A stretch of DNA of 64,000 bases, from NCBI GenBank assembly GCA_964386355.1, contig CAYLQQ010000001.1, forward strand, positions 12,256-76,255, given 5' to 3'. The DNA is from an uncultured Pseudomonadales bacterium. Lineage in GTDB: Bacteria > Patescibacteriota > Microgenomatia > UBA1400 > UBA1449. The notes beneath the pieces are model-generated. The model was not told the origin of the DNA. It saw only the letters and a program-made list of their open reading frames with translations, and made no database searches. Shown here piece by piece: positions 9,765-19,082 of this stretch. The translations under genes and the position numbers were made by a program. The first letter of the stretch is position 1. Every line of letters begins with the position of its first letter.

Positions 9765-12249
9765 TATCTTTGACTCAAATGCTGATCACGTATTTTTTGA
9801 TATTAAGCGTGGATTACGCCGCGAGCGCTTTAACGGAGCTGCGATTACAAGATATACAGACTCATTCTCAGGATTTCTGGCTTCCAAAGGTTTCAAATCT
9901 GGAGATGCATATCTGCTATGGGGACCAAATTGCCCCGAATGGGTGATAGCCTATCTAGCAGGTATCCGAAGCGGGTTTTGCACAGTTCCTATTGATGTGC
10001 GTTCCAACTGGAACACTGCCCAGGGGTATATTCACAAAACAAAACCTAAGTTTGCTATTATAAGCCGCTTTCTTCTCCCGTTTTACCAATCACAATTGCC
10101 GGTTTTTGTGCTGGAGGATATTGCCTCATATGCTGCAAGTGAAAAAACTAAACCCCAACCGGCTGACCCTGTAGAAATAGTGTTTACCTCAGGATCCAGC
10201 GGTACCCCAAAAGGTGTTATCATAACCCAGGATAACATACGTAGCCAAATGGATCAGGTGCTTGACCTGTTACCAAAGTTGCCAAAATACGAAACTGTTT
10301 CCATCCTGCCTCTCAGCCACATGTATGAACAAATGTACGGCTTATTTTTACCAATTTTTGCAGTGGGTACTGTCCACTACTTACCCAGAGTCAACCCTTT
10401 GACTATCAGGAAGGAGCTGAAACGTTCTAGCGCTACGTACCTACTCGCAGTCCCTCAAATGCTTCGGGTGATGTACGAAAATATTCTCAATAACGCCCGT
10501 ACTCAGGGGAAAGATACAGCCTTTTCCAAGCTCATCAAAATTAGTGGTTCACTACCAAAACCTATTCAAAGACGTATCTTCCGTCAAATCCATGAACAGT
10601 TCGGAGGCATGCTTGATGTGATTGCTACCGGTAGTGCCCCCCTTGAACCAAAACTAGCCAAATTTTGGGAGCATATGGGATTTAGGATTTTGGAAGGCTA
10701 TGGAGCATCTGAAACATCGGGTATGGCTACTATTTTGCCTTGGCAAAACCGTAAGTTTGGAACCGTCGGAAAACCTTCCAAGCATGCACAGCTTAAGCTT
10801 GACAAAGAACATCAAATTCTTATTAAAGGTCCTATTGTCAGCCCAGGCTACTTTGATGAAGCAGGAAAAACTCAGGAAAGCTTCCGAGACGGTTGGTATT
10901 ATACGGGAGATATTGGCAGCTTTGATGATGATGGGTTTTTAAAAATTACAGGCCGGATCAGTTCTCGCATAGTCTTAAACGATGGGACCAAAGTGTATCC
11001 TGAAGATATCGAGCGTTTACTTAATGACCAACCCGAGATACTCGATAGCTGTATAACTGAGGTTAAAAATGGAGATCATGTTATTGTGCACGCATGGGTG
11101 CTTGGACAAAACCTAAATACTTCAAAATTGTTCAAGGTTATTGAGCGTACAAATCAAAATCTTGAATCAAAACAGCAAATTTCATCATTTGAAGTTTGGC
11201 CGCAACCTGATTTCCCTAGATTACGAAGCCGCAAAGTAGACCGCCAAGCGGTACTTGCATATACCAGCACTAAACAAAATGCCCGCATCCATGATGATGC
11301 ACAAAACCAGCAAGCAAATACAAATGATTTGTATGCAATTCTCAAAGTCATTAGTGGTAAAAAAACTGTTACCAAATCTATGACCCTTGGCTCAGATCTG
11401 GGATTGGATTCACTCAGGCGAATTAATTTGGCTGCAATCGTAGAGCAGCAAATTGGGGTTGAGCTGCATGAGTTTGGTATAACAGCCCAAACGACAGTTT
11501 CACAGCTTGAGGAAATGTTGCACAGTAAATCTCCTCACGATAGTAAACACACAACTGAAGCAATCCTTCATCACTGGCGTTTTCATCGCTTTTTTTCAAA
11601 ACTACGGCCAACTTTACAGCATTTGTGTGTATTTCCTTTCCATAGCTTCTACGTCACACTCGCCATTAATGACTTTGACAAAAACATGCTTTCGAAACTG
11701 ACAGAACCAACACTACTACTTGTCAACCATCCGGGAATGTTTGATATCATCAGTATATTGCGCTGCCTACCAGCACATGTACGCTCAAAACTAGCGCTCC
11801 CCGTAACTGAAGAACGATGGGAAGATGGTAACAAAGGTATCTCAACGCTTATTGATCTGCTATTTGCCGGTTTTCCTATTGGCCAAAAAGGTGCCTGGAT
11901 GGGTATGGGTCTTGAGGCAATCGGCGAGTTGGTGGATAAGGGACACTCAATATTGCTAACCCCTGAAGGTAAAATGCAGCGTGAAGGAAAACAAAATCCA
12001 TTTTTACCAGGACTTGGATATCTTATTAAAGAATTAAAAATACCTGTTTTGATGTGTAAGATCAACGCCGATCAATACCGTACTATATGGCCAGCCCCAG
12101 CTCCCGGAAAGCTAGCTACAGACTCATCTTACTACTTGCCTAAGGCGAAAGGTACAGTTGAGCTTACTATAGCCTATGCGACAATTGATTCAAATCTAAA
12201 TAGTGATGAGCTAACAAAATCTGTTGAAAAACAATTTTCATATTTATGA
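9736..12249 (+). CDS. Long-chain acyl-ACP/CoA synthetase + ACP + PlsC-type acyltransferase fusion (Aas-like)
   Basis: AMP-binding motifs FTSGSSGTPKG, GYGASET, WYYTGDIG; ACP motif DLGLDSL; acyltransferase motifs NHPGMFD (HxxxxD) and TPEG. Probable start is ATG 9736 (the track starts at 9667). Confidence 0.88.
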   Translation: MQTLYSQLHSIFDSNADHVFFDIKRGLRRERFNGAAITRYTDSFSGFLASKGFKSGDAYLLWGPNCPEWVIAYLAGIRSGFCTVPIDVRSNWNTAQGYIHKTKPKFAIISRFLLPFYQSQLPVFVLEDIASYAASEKTKPQPADPVEIVFTSGSSGTPKGVIITQDNIRSQMDQVLDLLPKLPKYETVSILPLSHMYEQMYGLFLPIFAVGTVHYLPRVNPLTIRKELKRSSATYLLAVPQMLRVMYENILNNARTQGKDTAFSKLIKISGSLPKPIQRRIFRQIHEQFGGMLDVIATGSAPLEPKLAKFWEHMGFRILEGYGASETSGMATILPWQNRKFGTVGKPSKHAQLKLDKEHQILIKGPIVSPGYFDEAGKTQESFRDGWYYTGDIGSFDDDGFLKITGRISSRIVLNDGTKVYPEDIERLLNDQPEILDSCITEVKNGDHVIVHAWVLGQNLNTSKLFKVIERTNQNLESKQQISSFEVWPQPDFPRLRSRKVDRQAVLAYTSTKQNARIHDDAQNQQANTNDLYAILKVISGKKTVTKSMTLGSDLGLDSLRRINLAAIVEQQIGVELHEFGITAQTTVSQLEEMLHSKSPHDSKHTTEAILHHWRFHRFFSKLRPTLQHLCVFPFHSFYVTLAINDFDKNMLSKLTEPTLLLVNHPGMFDIISILRCLPAHVRSKLALPVTEERWEDGNKGISTLIDLLFAGFPIGQKGAWMGMGLEAIGELVDKGHSILLTPEGKMQREGKQNPFLPGLGYLIKELKIPVLMCKINADQYRTIWPAPAPGKLATDSSYYLPKAKGTVELTIAYATIDSNLNSDELTKSVEKQFSYL

Positions 12250-13067
12250 CGACCGAAGAATTCTCTCTATTTGTTCAAAACGGGAAATCAAACAATTGTA
12301 TACCGGTATTTGCACATCGCGGATTATCAAGCTTAGCACCAGATAATAGTATCGAGGCTTTTGAACTTGCTTTTTCTCATACGAATGTTAGCGGTGTTGA
12401 ATGCGATGTTCAACGTACAAAAGACGGCCAACTTATCATTTGTCATAACCGATCTGTTCTTATTAACCGTAAGCGTATGTGGCTTGAGGATATAACACTA
12501 TCTGATTACCGTTTAGTCAAACCCGCATCACTATCTCCCCTTTTAATAGATGTAATTAAACTCGTACAATCAAACAATAAAATACTGGATCTTGAACTTA
12601 AGAGCGCTCATATTGCTCAGAAGGTAATAGATCTGTGCAAAAGACACAAGCTCTACGATAGGGTGATTCTGACAACAATATATGAAGAAATATATTGGGA
12701 AATTAAAAAAGCTGATCCACAAGTGGCTATTATGTATGGATATCCCCGTGATAAAGGCAAGGATTTAGCCCAGCAAACATGTACCCAACCATTTGTTAAA
12801 GCGATTGTACAATTCATGAAATGGCGCGCTCCGTATACAGTGCAGGAAATATGTAATCATATTGATACACCATTTATCAGCCTATACCATAAAATTCTTT
12901 CGAAGGAATTAGTAGCTTTACTACATAAAAACAACAAGCTCTGTATCGGCTGTACGATTCGTTTACCCGGGGAAGGTTCATTTGAAGCAAAAAAAATAAT
13001 GGACAGTATGGTAAACATGGATGTTGATCTGATAAAAACAGATTTTCCACAGCTCACATTAAGCTAA
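12246..13067 (+). CDS. Glycerophosphodiester phosphodiesterase
   Basis: FAHRG, PDNS, VECDVQRTKDG, CH, LELK, KTDFP. The ATG overlaps the upstream stop (ATGA). Confidence 0.9.
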   Translation: MTTEEFSLFVQNGKSNNCIPVFAHRGLSSLAPDNSIEAFELAFSHTNVSGVECDVQRTKDGQLIICHNRSVLINRKRMWLEDITLSDYRLVKPASLSPLLIDVIKLVQSNNKILDLELKSAHIAQKVIDLCKRHKLYDRVILTTIYEEIYWEIKKADPQVAIMYGYPRDKGKDLAQQTCTQPFVKAIVQFMKWRAPYTVQEICNHIDTPFISLYHKILSKELVALLHKNNKLCIGCTIRLPGEGSFEAKKIMDSMVNMDVDLIKTDFPQLTLS

Positions 13068-13075
13068 ACTAATCA

Positions 13076-13103
13076 TTGACGATCGATTTTTCTTAGGTAT
13101 AAT
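13076..13103 (+). promoter_or_regulatory. Sigma70-like promoter
   Basis: TTGACG-16 nt-TATAAT. Confidence 0.5.
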
Positions 13104-13149
13104 ATGAAAGTACCTACGTATTACATGTGTAACATGATACGTATAACAC

Positions 13150-13174
13150 AAAAGCGGTACATCCCGCTTTTTTT
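13150..13174 (+). terminator. Intrinsic terminator (possibly bidirectional)
   Basis: AAAAGCGG-TACAT-CCCGCTTTTTTT. Confidence 0.7.
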
Positions 13175-13185
13175 AATGAGTACAC

Positions 13186-13229
13186 AAAAAAGTGAACCTC
13201 GTACTTTTGCAGGGGACAAGGTTCACTTT
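13186..13229 (-). terminator. 11-bp inverted repeat with a U-tract on the minus strand
   Basis: AAAGTGAACCT (13189-13199) pairs with AGGTTCACTTT (13219-13229). The minus strand ends in UUUUUU. Confidence 0.6.
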
Positions 13230-13458
13230 AGCACTTTTTTGGTGCGTTTTTTGATTATAGCACTTACTGAAAATTTGTAACTAGCTTGAGTCAACTCCCC
13301 TGCGTTGTGAATACATGTCACATCGGCAAGATACTTCAATTTTTACACTTTTAATACCAAAAAGTGACTGTTTGCTCACTAAGGCAGCATACCTCTATCT
13401 GATATTCAGTTCAACTTCATTAATACTTTGTTTGACAATGATTTTATTTGCTTAAAAT

Positions 13459-15225
13459 TTATTTGGAAACACTGATAGTTGGAGTTACCTCTCCCCATGC
13501 ACTAGCTGTTATTTTGCCATTTTTGTCAGCAAAGATTGTATATCCGGTATCATCAGATGTTCCATCTAGAGGATCACGCGGGATAGTCTGTATGTATGTA
13601 GGAACTAACGGTATAGTATCTCCCGATGTAACAAGATCAAAGCAGCTCATGCCTGCACCAATACATGTAGCTGTAGTTGGAAATGGATTACCTTCAGCGG
13701 ATCTCGGTAATGCATTATTGTCTGCCTTATATAAAGAGAGCGCTGTAATAATTACTTCCAAATCTGACTTGCGCTTCGCATCCCTGGCTTGGGCATATGA
13801 TGATCCCAAAGGCGAATCGGTAGACTGTTTTTGTTGTTGAGCAGATTGCATTGTCTGCATAATTTGTTTAACAAACTCTTCAACCAAAACTGCATTTGCG
13901 GGAGTATCGATTGGAAGAGTTTTTCCAAAATCGGTAAGGCGAAGTGCCATCACCATGAGTACTGGTTTTGTTGGTACAGCAATGCCCGAGGGAAGTCCAC
14001 TAATTGCTCCGTTTTCAGAAGTAGTTTTTTGAGGGGTTTCAAATTTCATCGAAACCATCATTTTACGCATATAATAGTCTTTTTCATCGATCCACCATGT
14101 CAGTACTACATCTTTTGCATATGTTGATATGGGTTTTTTCTCAGGCGCTGTGAGGTATTGCTGCGAATTTACACCCAGTACTGAAGACGTATTTAGTTTT
14201 GGTAACTGTGTTTCCAAAGTCTGGTCTAGTTTATCTAGTAGTTCAGAGGTAGGTGCAAACTCCATTTTATATGCGTTGCGCCCATCCATTGTATCGTGGC
14301 TCAGTTTAAGATGAGGTAAGATATCTGTTTCAAGAAGCTTGAGGAGAATGGCTTGGGTTGCCTCAGTTTCCGGTGTTTGCGCTGTACGCATCTCCTGCAA
14401 TTGCTTTTGGGCATCTGTATTGAGAGTGGAGGTGTCATAACTAATCCAGTTGGTAATTATGGGTTCAATCTGATTGGCTTCAAGTCCAACTAAGGTATAC
14501 AAAATCGGTGGCACTTTATTGATTTTAAAATACAGCATCTTATCCTTTTTACGTATATCAAAATTAAAATCTTTGGTGATTGATCCATTCAAGGAGAATT
14601 GGGGATTGGCTGTGTCACTCACATCTGAGTAACCTGATATCTCAATATCGATACTATTGCCACCTACTAGGCTCTGGAAATCATCCGAAGATGCGGCCAG
14701 TGAAAAATTTAGACTACTTTTGAGAACCTTCTGATGAGCCAAAGCCGATTTCATTAAGATCACTTTTGGCGGCTTGGGTAAAAGTGGATTTGTAAGAACA
14801 AGCTTGTCTGCTATCAAACTGATTTGCTTATTAGGAATAGTAACCTTACCAGCTGATATTAGATACGCAAGCGCGTTAACAGAAGTTGCAAGTACAAGCA
14901 ATATACCAACTACAGCACCAACTATGAGAGGCAGCTTGCTCCTCTTGTGTGTTGTTGAAGGCAAGGAAGAGCCATCTGCCCCGATATTTCTGATAGTTTG
15001 GGGTGAGAATTGCCTAGTTTGATTCGTTTGAGAAGCTAAACTAGAGGGTTCTAAGACTGGTGAAGCTATCACCGAAACTTCTGGTATCGATATATACCAC
15101 CGATGAGCTTCTTCCAACTGCTCAGCATTCCACCCTGTTGACTTCAGTTGGGAAGATACGTTATCCCATAACAATTGGGATTTTTTACAAGAATCAAGAA
15201 ATGCAATTGAAGCAGTATCCAACAT
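13459..15225 (-). CDS. Membrane-anchored protein with a C-terminal pilin/pseudopilin-like domain
   Basis: One TM segment (LPLIVGAVVGILLVLA), a beta-rich middle region, and C-terminal ARDAKRKSDL...ALSLYKADN...IPRDP typical of GspG/PilE-like globular domains. Confidence 0.65.
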   Translation of the reverse strand: MLDTASIAFLDSCKKSQLLWDNVSSQLKSTGWNAEQLEEAHRWYISIPEVSVIASPVLEPSSLASQTNQTRQFSPQTIRNIGADGSSLPSTTHKRSKLPLIVGAVVGILLVLATSVNALAYLISAGKVTIPNKQISLIADKLVLTNPLLPKPPKVILMKSALAHQKVLKSSLNFSLAASSDDFQSLVGGNSIDIEISGYSDVSDTANPQFSLNGSITKDFNFDIRKKDKMLYFKINKVPPILYTLVGLEANQIEPIITNWISYDTSTLNTDAQKQLQEMRTAQTPETEATQAILLKLLETDILPHLKLSHDTMDGRNAYKMEFAPTSELLDKLDQTLETQLPKLNTSSVLGVNSQQYLTAPEKKPISTYAKDVVLTWWIDEKDYYMRKMMVSMKFETPQKTTSENGAISGLPSGIAVPTKPVLMVMALRLTDFGKTLPIDTPANAVLVEEFVKQIMQTMQSAQQQKQSTDSPLGSSYAQARDAKRKSDLEVIITALSLYKADNNALPRSAEGNPFPTTATCIGAGMSCFDLVTSGDTIPLVPTYIQTIPRDPLDGTSDDTGYTIFADKNGKITASAWGEVTPTISVSK

Positions 15226-15268
15226 ACGTACTAGTATAAAGGTGCTTTTTAGTGATATGCAAATGCAA

Positions 15269-16213
15269 TTACTTTTTCCTTAGTATTGCTACAAACATGG
15301 GGTCAAACCCCTCTTTTGGAAGTACCCTAAGTACCTTGTTCTGATTAAAACCACCTTCGGCCTGATTATGGAAAAGTGATGAACTTCTTACAGGAGTATC
15401 CCAACTTATCAGCTCAAGCTGGTCTCCTTTTTTCCTAAGAAACTCCCCTACTGTTCCCTCGTTTTCAAGCGTATTGACCGCACAGGTTGAGTAAACCATA
15501 GTGCCGCCAGGTTTGAGAGCCAGGAGCAAGCCCCCCAACAATGCCAATTGTCGCTGGTGCAACGTTTTGACCCGGTTTGGTGTCCATTGATTAAGATATT
15601 TGGAATCGTTCCATACATGTTTTTCGCTTGAGCAAGGAGCATCCAGTAAAATCTTATCGAAATGGTTAGGGTACTGTTTAAAAATTGTTTCTGCCAGCCT
15701 ACCCCATATCTCTACAGTTGACACCTGATATTCATCAAACGTATTTTTCATGCGCCTACGACGAGCTAGTGAGAGATCGTTTGCAATGATTGCTATGGGA
15801 AAAGAAGATTTTTGCTCGTTACATCTATAAACAACCCCCAAAGTCTTCCCTCCGGGGGCTGCACAAGCATCCAAAATGAGCTCACCTGGTTTTGCATCAA
15901 GCGCAACAACCGGTACTAGTGATGAGATATTCATGGGGTACAAAAGTTTCTCTTCAAAGCCGGGAACAGTTTCTCCAAAGGGAATTTCAGGCGGCCAGTA
16001 CAAAGCCTCGTTAAACCACTCAACCCTGCGCCAACTTAAACCAGACTTTCCCCACAGAAACCGTATCTGTTCCTCATATTCGGGATTGAAAATAAAAACG
16101 GGAGGATTTTTTTGTTCAAAACTAGTGACAAGTTCGGTAAAACCATCTTCGCCAAATTGTTGTGAGTAATAGCTGACAAATGCTTCTTTACCTTGTAGTT
16201 TCTGTTTTTTCAT
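15269..16213 (-). CDS. RsmB/RsmF (NOL1/NOP2) RNA m5C methyltransferase
   Basis: ILDACAAPGGKT, ILLDAPCS, VYSTC, ENE. Probable start is 16213. Confidence 0.9.
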   Translation of the reverse strand: MKKQKLQGKEAFVSYYSQQFGEDGFTELVTSFEQKNPPVFIFNPEYEEQIRFLWGKSGLSWRRVEWFNEALYWPPEIPFGETVPGFEEKLLYPMNISSLVPVVALDAKPGELILDACAAPGGKTLGVVYRCNEQKSSFPIAIIANDLSLARRRRMKNTFDEYQVSTVEIWGRLAETIFKQYPNHFDKILLDAPCSSEKHVWNDSKYLNQWTPNRVKTLHQRQLALLGGLLLALKPGGTMVYSTCAVNTLENEGTVGEFLRKKGDQLELISWDTPVRSSSLFHNQAEGGFNQNKVLRVLPKEGFDPMFVAILRKK

Positions 16214-16274
16214 ACCTGTCTTCCAATTAACCATCAAACAATTTTTGTTTGCTTTATAATATCTATTATACGCT

Positions 16275-17045
16275 ATGGATACTAAAGAACCAGAAAAAAC
16301 ACAACCTATCCGTCTAAACAAATACCTTGCTAACCTAGGTATTGCTTCAAGACGCAGTATCGATGAGTTTATTTCTCAAGGTAAAATAAAAATTAATGGA
16401 AAAATACTCAAAGATTTGGGAATAAAAGTTGATCCACAAAAGGATGATATTGAGGTTAACGGTAAAAAGATCGCTCAGCAAACACAAGAGCTGACTTACA
16501 TTATTCTCAATAAACCAAGAGGTGTTTTATCGACTGCTGAAGATGAATCAGGCAGAGTAAGCGTTGTTGATTTGGTCAAGCTTCCAATGCGGCTGTATCC
16601 CGTAGGCAGATTGGATAAGGAGTCCCACGGTTTGATCCTGCTCACGAATGACGGCGATTTGGCTTACAAACTTACCCATCCCAAATTTCATGTCCCAAAA
16701 GTATACCGCGCCAAGATGAGAGGATTTGTAACCAATGAGAATATTGCAAAAATGAGACGGGGTGTCTATCTGGAAGACGGGAAAACTGCACCAGCTAAAG
16801 TTAGAACCATCTATCGTAACAGCAATGAAACCATGTTGGAAATTACATTGTATGAGGGCAAAAAACGCCAGATCCGCCGTATGAGCGCCCACCTCCATAT
16901 AAACCTCCTCGACCTGCAACGCATCGCCATTGGAGCAATTCCATTGGGAGAACTGCAAATGGGTAAGTGGAGAAAGCTGAGTGAAAATGAAGTAGCTAGC
17001 TTAAAAAACTGTGCACTTAACCAACAACAAAGAACCAACAACTAA
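16275..17045 (+). CDS. RsuA/RluB-family rRNA pseudouridine synthase
   Basis: S4 domain RLNKYLA..GIASRR, LNKPRG, VGRLDKES, EGKKRQIRRM. Confidence 0.93.
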   Translation: MDTKEPEKTQPIRLNKYLANLGIASRRSIDEFISQGKIKINGKILKDLGIKVDPQKDDIEVNGKKIAQQTQELTYIILNKPRGVLSTAEDESGRVSVVDLVKLPMRLYPVGRLDKESHGLILLTNDGDLAYKLTHPKFHVPKVYRAKMRGFVTNENIAKMRRGVYLEDGKTAPAKVRTIYRNSNETMLEITLYEGKKRQIRRMSAHLHINLLDLQRIAIGAIPLGELQMGKWRKLSENEVASLKNCALNQQQRTNN

Positions 17046-17056
17046 CAACCCATCTC

Positions 17057-17635
17057 CTATTCTTCTTTCTCAAACTCCTTATTCTTTTCCATGTCTTTTT
17101 CAATCAACCGGCGTAAATATACTGCCCGTGGCATTTTTTTCTTTTTGGCGATCCAATCCAAATAGTTTACAATATTTGGAGAAACAAAGAAATTAAACCG
17201 AACATCCATTTGGTCTTTAGTGATATCTATATAATCTTCTAAAACATCTCTCAGCGTGTCTCTCGTATATTCTACAATATATAAACTATCTTCTCCTTCA
17301 TCGCGTAACAGATGAGGCTCACAACCCGGCATATGTATGGCAATTACTTGTTTACCATTCGCTATTGCAGAGGCAATTTCTTGTCCAACACCAAAACTTG
17401 GTGTGGTAACCTCAGCAATAACCAAATCTGCATATTTTTTTCGTTTTGTCATGATCCTTTGAACTGCTAAAGCTTGTTCTTCAGTTTGATTTTTTATATC
17501 GTCAGCTTTTTTATTAATCAGATGATCTGCAAACACGTTATGACCCAAATCTTGTAGTTTTTTTATAATTAATGCATAGTTTTCTCTTATTTCTGATGTA
17601 GCCCTTGAAATTGGTCCGGTAAAATATATTTTCAT
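17057..17635 (-). CDS. Nucleoside 2-deoxyribosyltransferase/RCL-like domain fused to a C-terminal ribbon-helix-helix
   Basis: MKIYFTGPI, ADLVIAEVTTPSFGVGQEI..A...GKQVI. C-terminus VRFNFFVSPNIVNYLDWIAKKKKMPRAVYLRRLIE fits a beta-helix-helix pattern. Confidence 0.7.
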   Translation of the reverse strand: MKIYFTGPISRATSEIRENYALIIKKLQDLGHNVFADHLINKKADDIKNQTEEQALAVQRIMTKRKKYADLVIAEVTTPSFGVGQEIASAIANGKQVIAIHMPGCEPHLLRDEGEDSLYIVEYTRDTLRDVLEDYIDITKDQMDVRFNFFVSPNIVNYLDWIAKKKKMPRAVYLRRLIEKDMEKNKEFEKEE

Positions 17636-17662
17636 AGTTAAAATTATAATAAATGAGCTTAT

Positions 17663-18361
17663 TTATCTTTTCACAACAAAGCAGTCTTCACATCTAGGTT
17701 CATATGATACTACAGATGATGGAGGAAGCAACTCAGGCTCATCAATTGTGGCTGCTTTACCATCAATAAGCCTTTGTGAATATTTATAGGCTTTTCTTCC
17801 ACACATTTGGCATGTAGCATACAAATTATATGTTTTGTTAGCTTTAAATGTTAATAAGTCGCTTAAAATAAATTCACCACCCTGACTCGTATATAATAAG
17901 CCCATTGCAATTAACCAACCTCCACGCTCAATAAATAGCTTAATTTCATACATTAAGTAGCTCTGTAAATTTGCCGGGGTAAATTGGATTTCATCTATAA
18001 AAATAACATCATTTTCGTGGAACATTTTTTCAATATCACTTTTATTTGAAAATGAAGTTATATGAAGAGACAAACCAGATCTTGATAGGATTTTATCCTT
18101 GGGAACATCTGCTCTATCTAATAAAGGCTGACTAAAGTAAGCTTTTCGATTGCCAATTTTTTGTTTTTTTAAGTTTTCGTTTAAATAAATTGCAACAATA
18201 GATTTACCACTCCTCTCAGGACCATATATAAAAATAATGCCCCCCTCGTCTATAGGCGATCCTGCAATCATATCAGTAATTTCGTCAGCAGTATTTTTTG
18301 CATTTTTTAATACAAAAGCATATATACCGTTAACTTTAGATTTAGGTTCAATTTGTTTCAT
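17663..18361 (-). CDS. Thymidine kinase-like protein (divergent)
   Basis: YGPERSGKS (P-loop), IFIDEIQF, Zn lasso CQMC...YEPRCEDCF. Confidence 0.8.
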   Translation of the reverse strand: MKQIEPKSKVNGIYAFVLKNAKNTADEITDMIAGSPIDEGGIIFIYGPERSGKSIVAIYLNENLKKQKIGNRKAYFSQPLLDRADVPKDKILSRSGLSLHITSFSNKSDIEKMFHENDVIFIDEIQFTPANLQSYLMYEIKLFIERGGWLIAMGLLYTSQGGEFILSDLLTFKANKTYNLYATCQMCGRKAYKYSQRLIDGKAATIDEPELLPPSSVVSYEPRCEDCFVVKR

Positions 18362-18384
18362 AGATAATTTATGTTAAATAATGG

Positions 18385-18990
18385 CTATAGTTCGCGCCTA
18401 CCCTCAAAAGCCCGGGAAAGAGTCGTTTCATCCGCATACTCCAGGTCTGCACCTGTAGGCAAACCTCTTCCCAAACGAGTTATGCGGGTAAATATCCCCT
18501 CTTTTTCTAGCAAGCGTTGTAAATATAAAGCGGTAGCCTCACCCTCCATTGTCGGGTTGGTGGCTACCACGATTTCGGTGACTGTATCACCAGATTTTAT
18601 TCTCGGTATTATATCATACAAATGTAATTGGTCAGGGCCTATATTATCTAAGGGGTTTATAGTGCCGTGCAAAACATGATACAGACCTAAGTAGGCGCCG
18701 CTTTTTTCAATAGCCATAATATCCAGGGGTTGTTCAACGACACAGATTATTGTTTTGTCACGCCCTTCATCACTGCAAATGGGACAGGGATCAGTTTCAG
18801 AAATATTAAAACAGGTTGAACACATTTTTGTATTGCGTTTAAGATCTGCTACAGACTTAGAAAAAAAATCCAATTGCTCTTGAGGAACGTGAAGCAAATA
18901 GTATGTCAGACGCTGGGCTGTTTTTGGCCCGATTCCCGGAAGTTTATGAAATGCATCGATACAGTTTTGAATAGATTTTGGTGTCTTCAT
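18385..18990 (-). CDS. recR: Recombination mediator RecR
   Basis: LPGIGPKTAQRL, C4 zinc finger, YHVLHG, NPTMEGEATA. Confidence 0.97.
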   Translation of the reverse strand: MKTPKSIQNCIDAFHKLPGIGPKTAQRLTYYLLHVPQEQLDFFSKSVADLKRNTKMCSTCFNISETDPCPICSDEGRDKTIICVVEQPLDIMAIEKSGAYLGLYHVLHGTINPLDNIGPDQLHLYDIIPRIKSGDTVTEIVVATNPTMEGEATALYLQRLLEKEGIFTRITRLGRGLPTGADLEYADETTLSRAFEGRREL

Positions 18991-19082
18991 GGGAATAGCT
19001 ATTTATCTGTCTAGATTAAAAAAGTCTCATCACCAATCTCCTAATACTATGTTTAAATACGCATCATTTAATTAGCTGCTAT

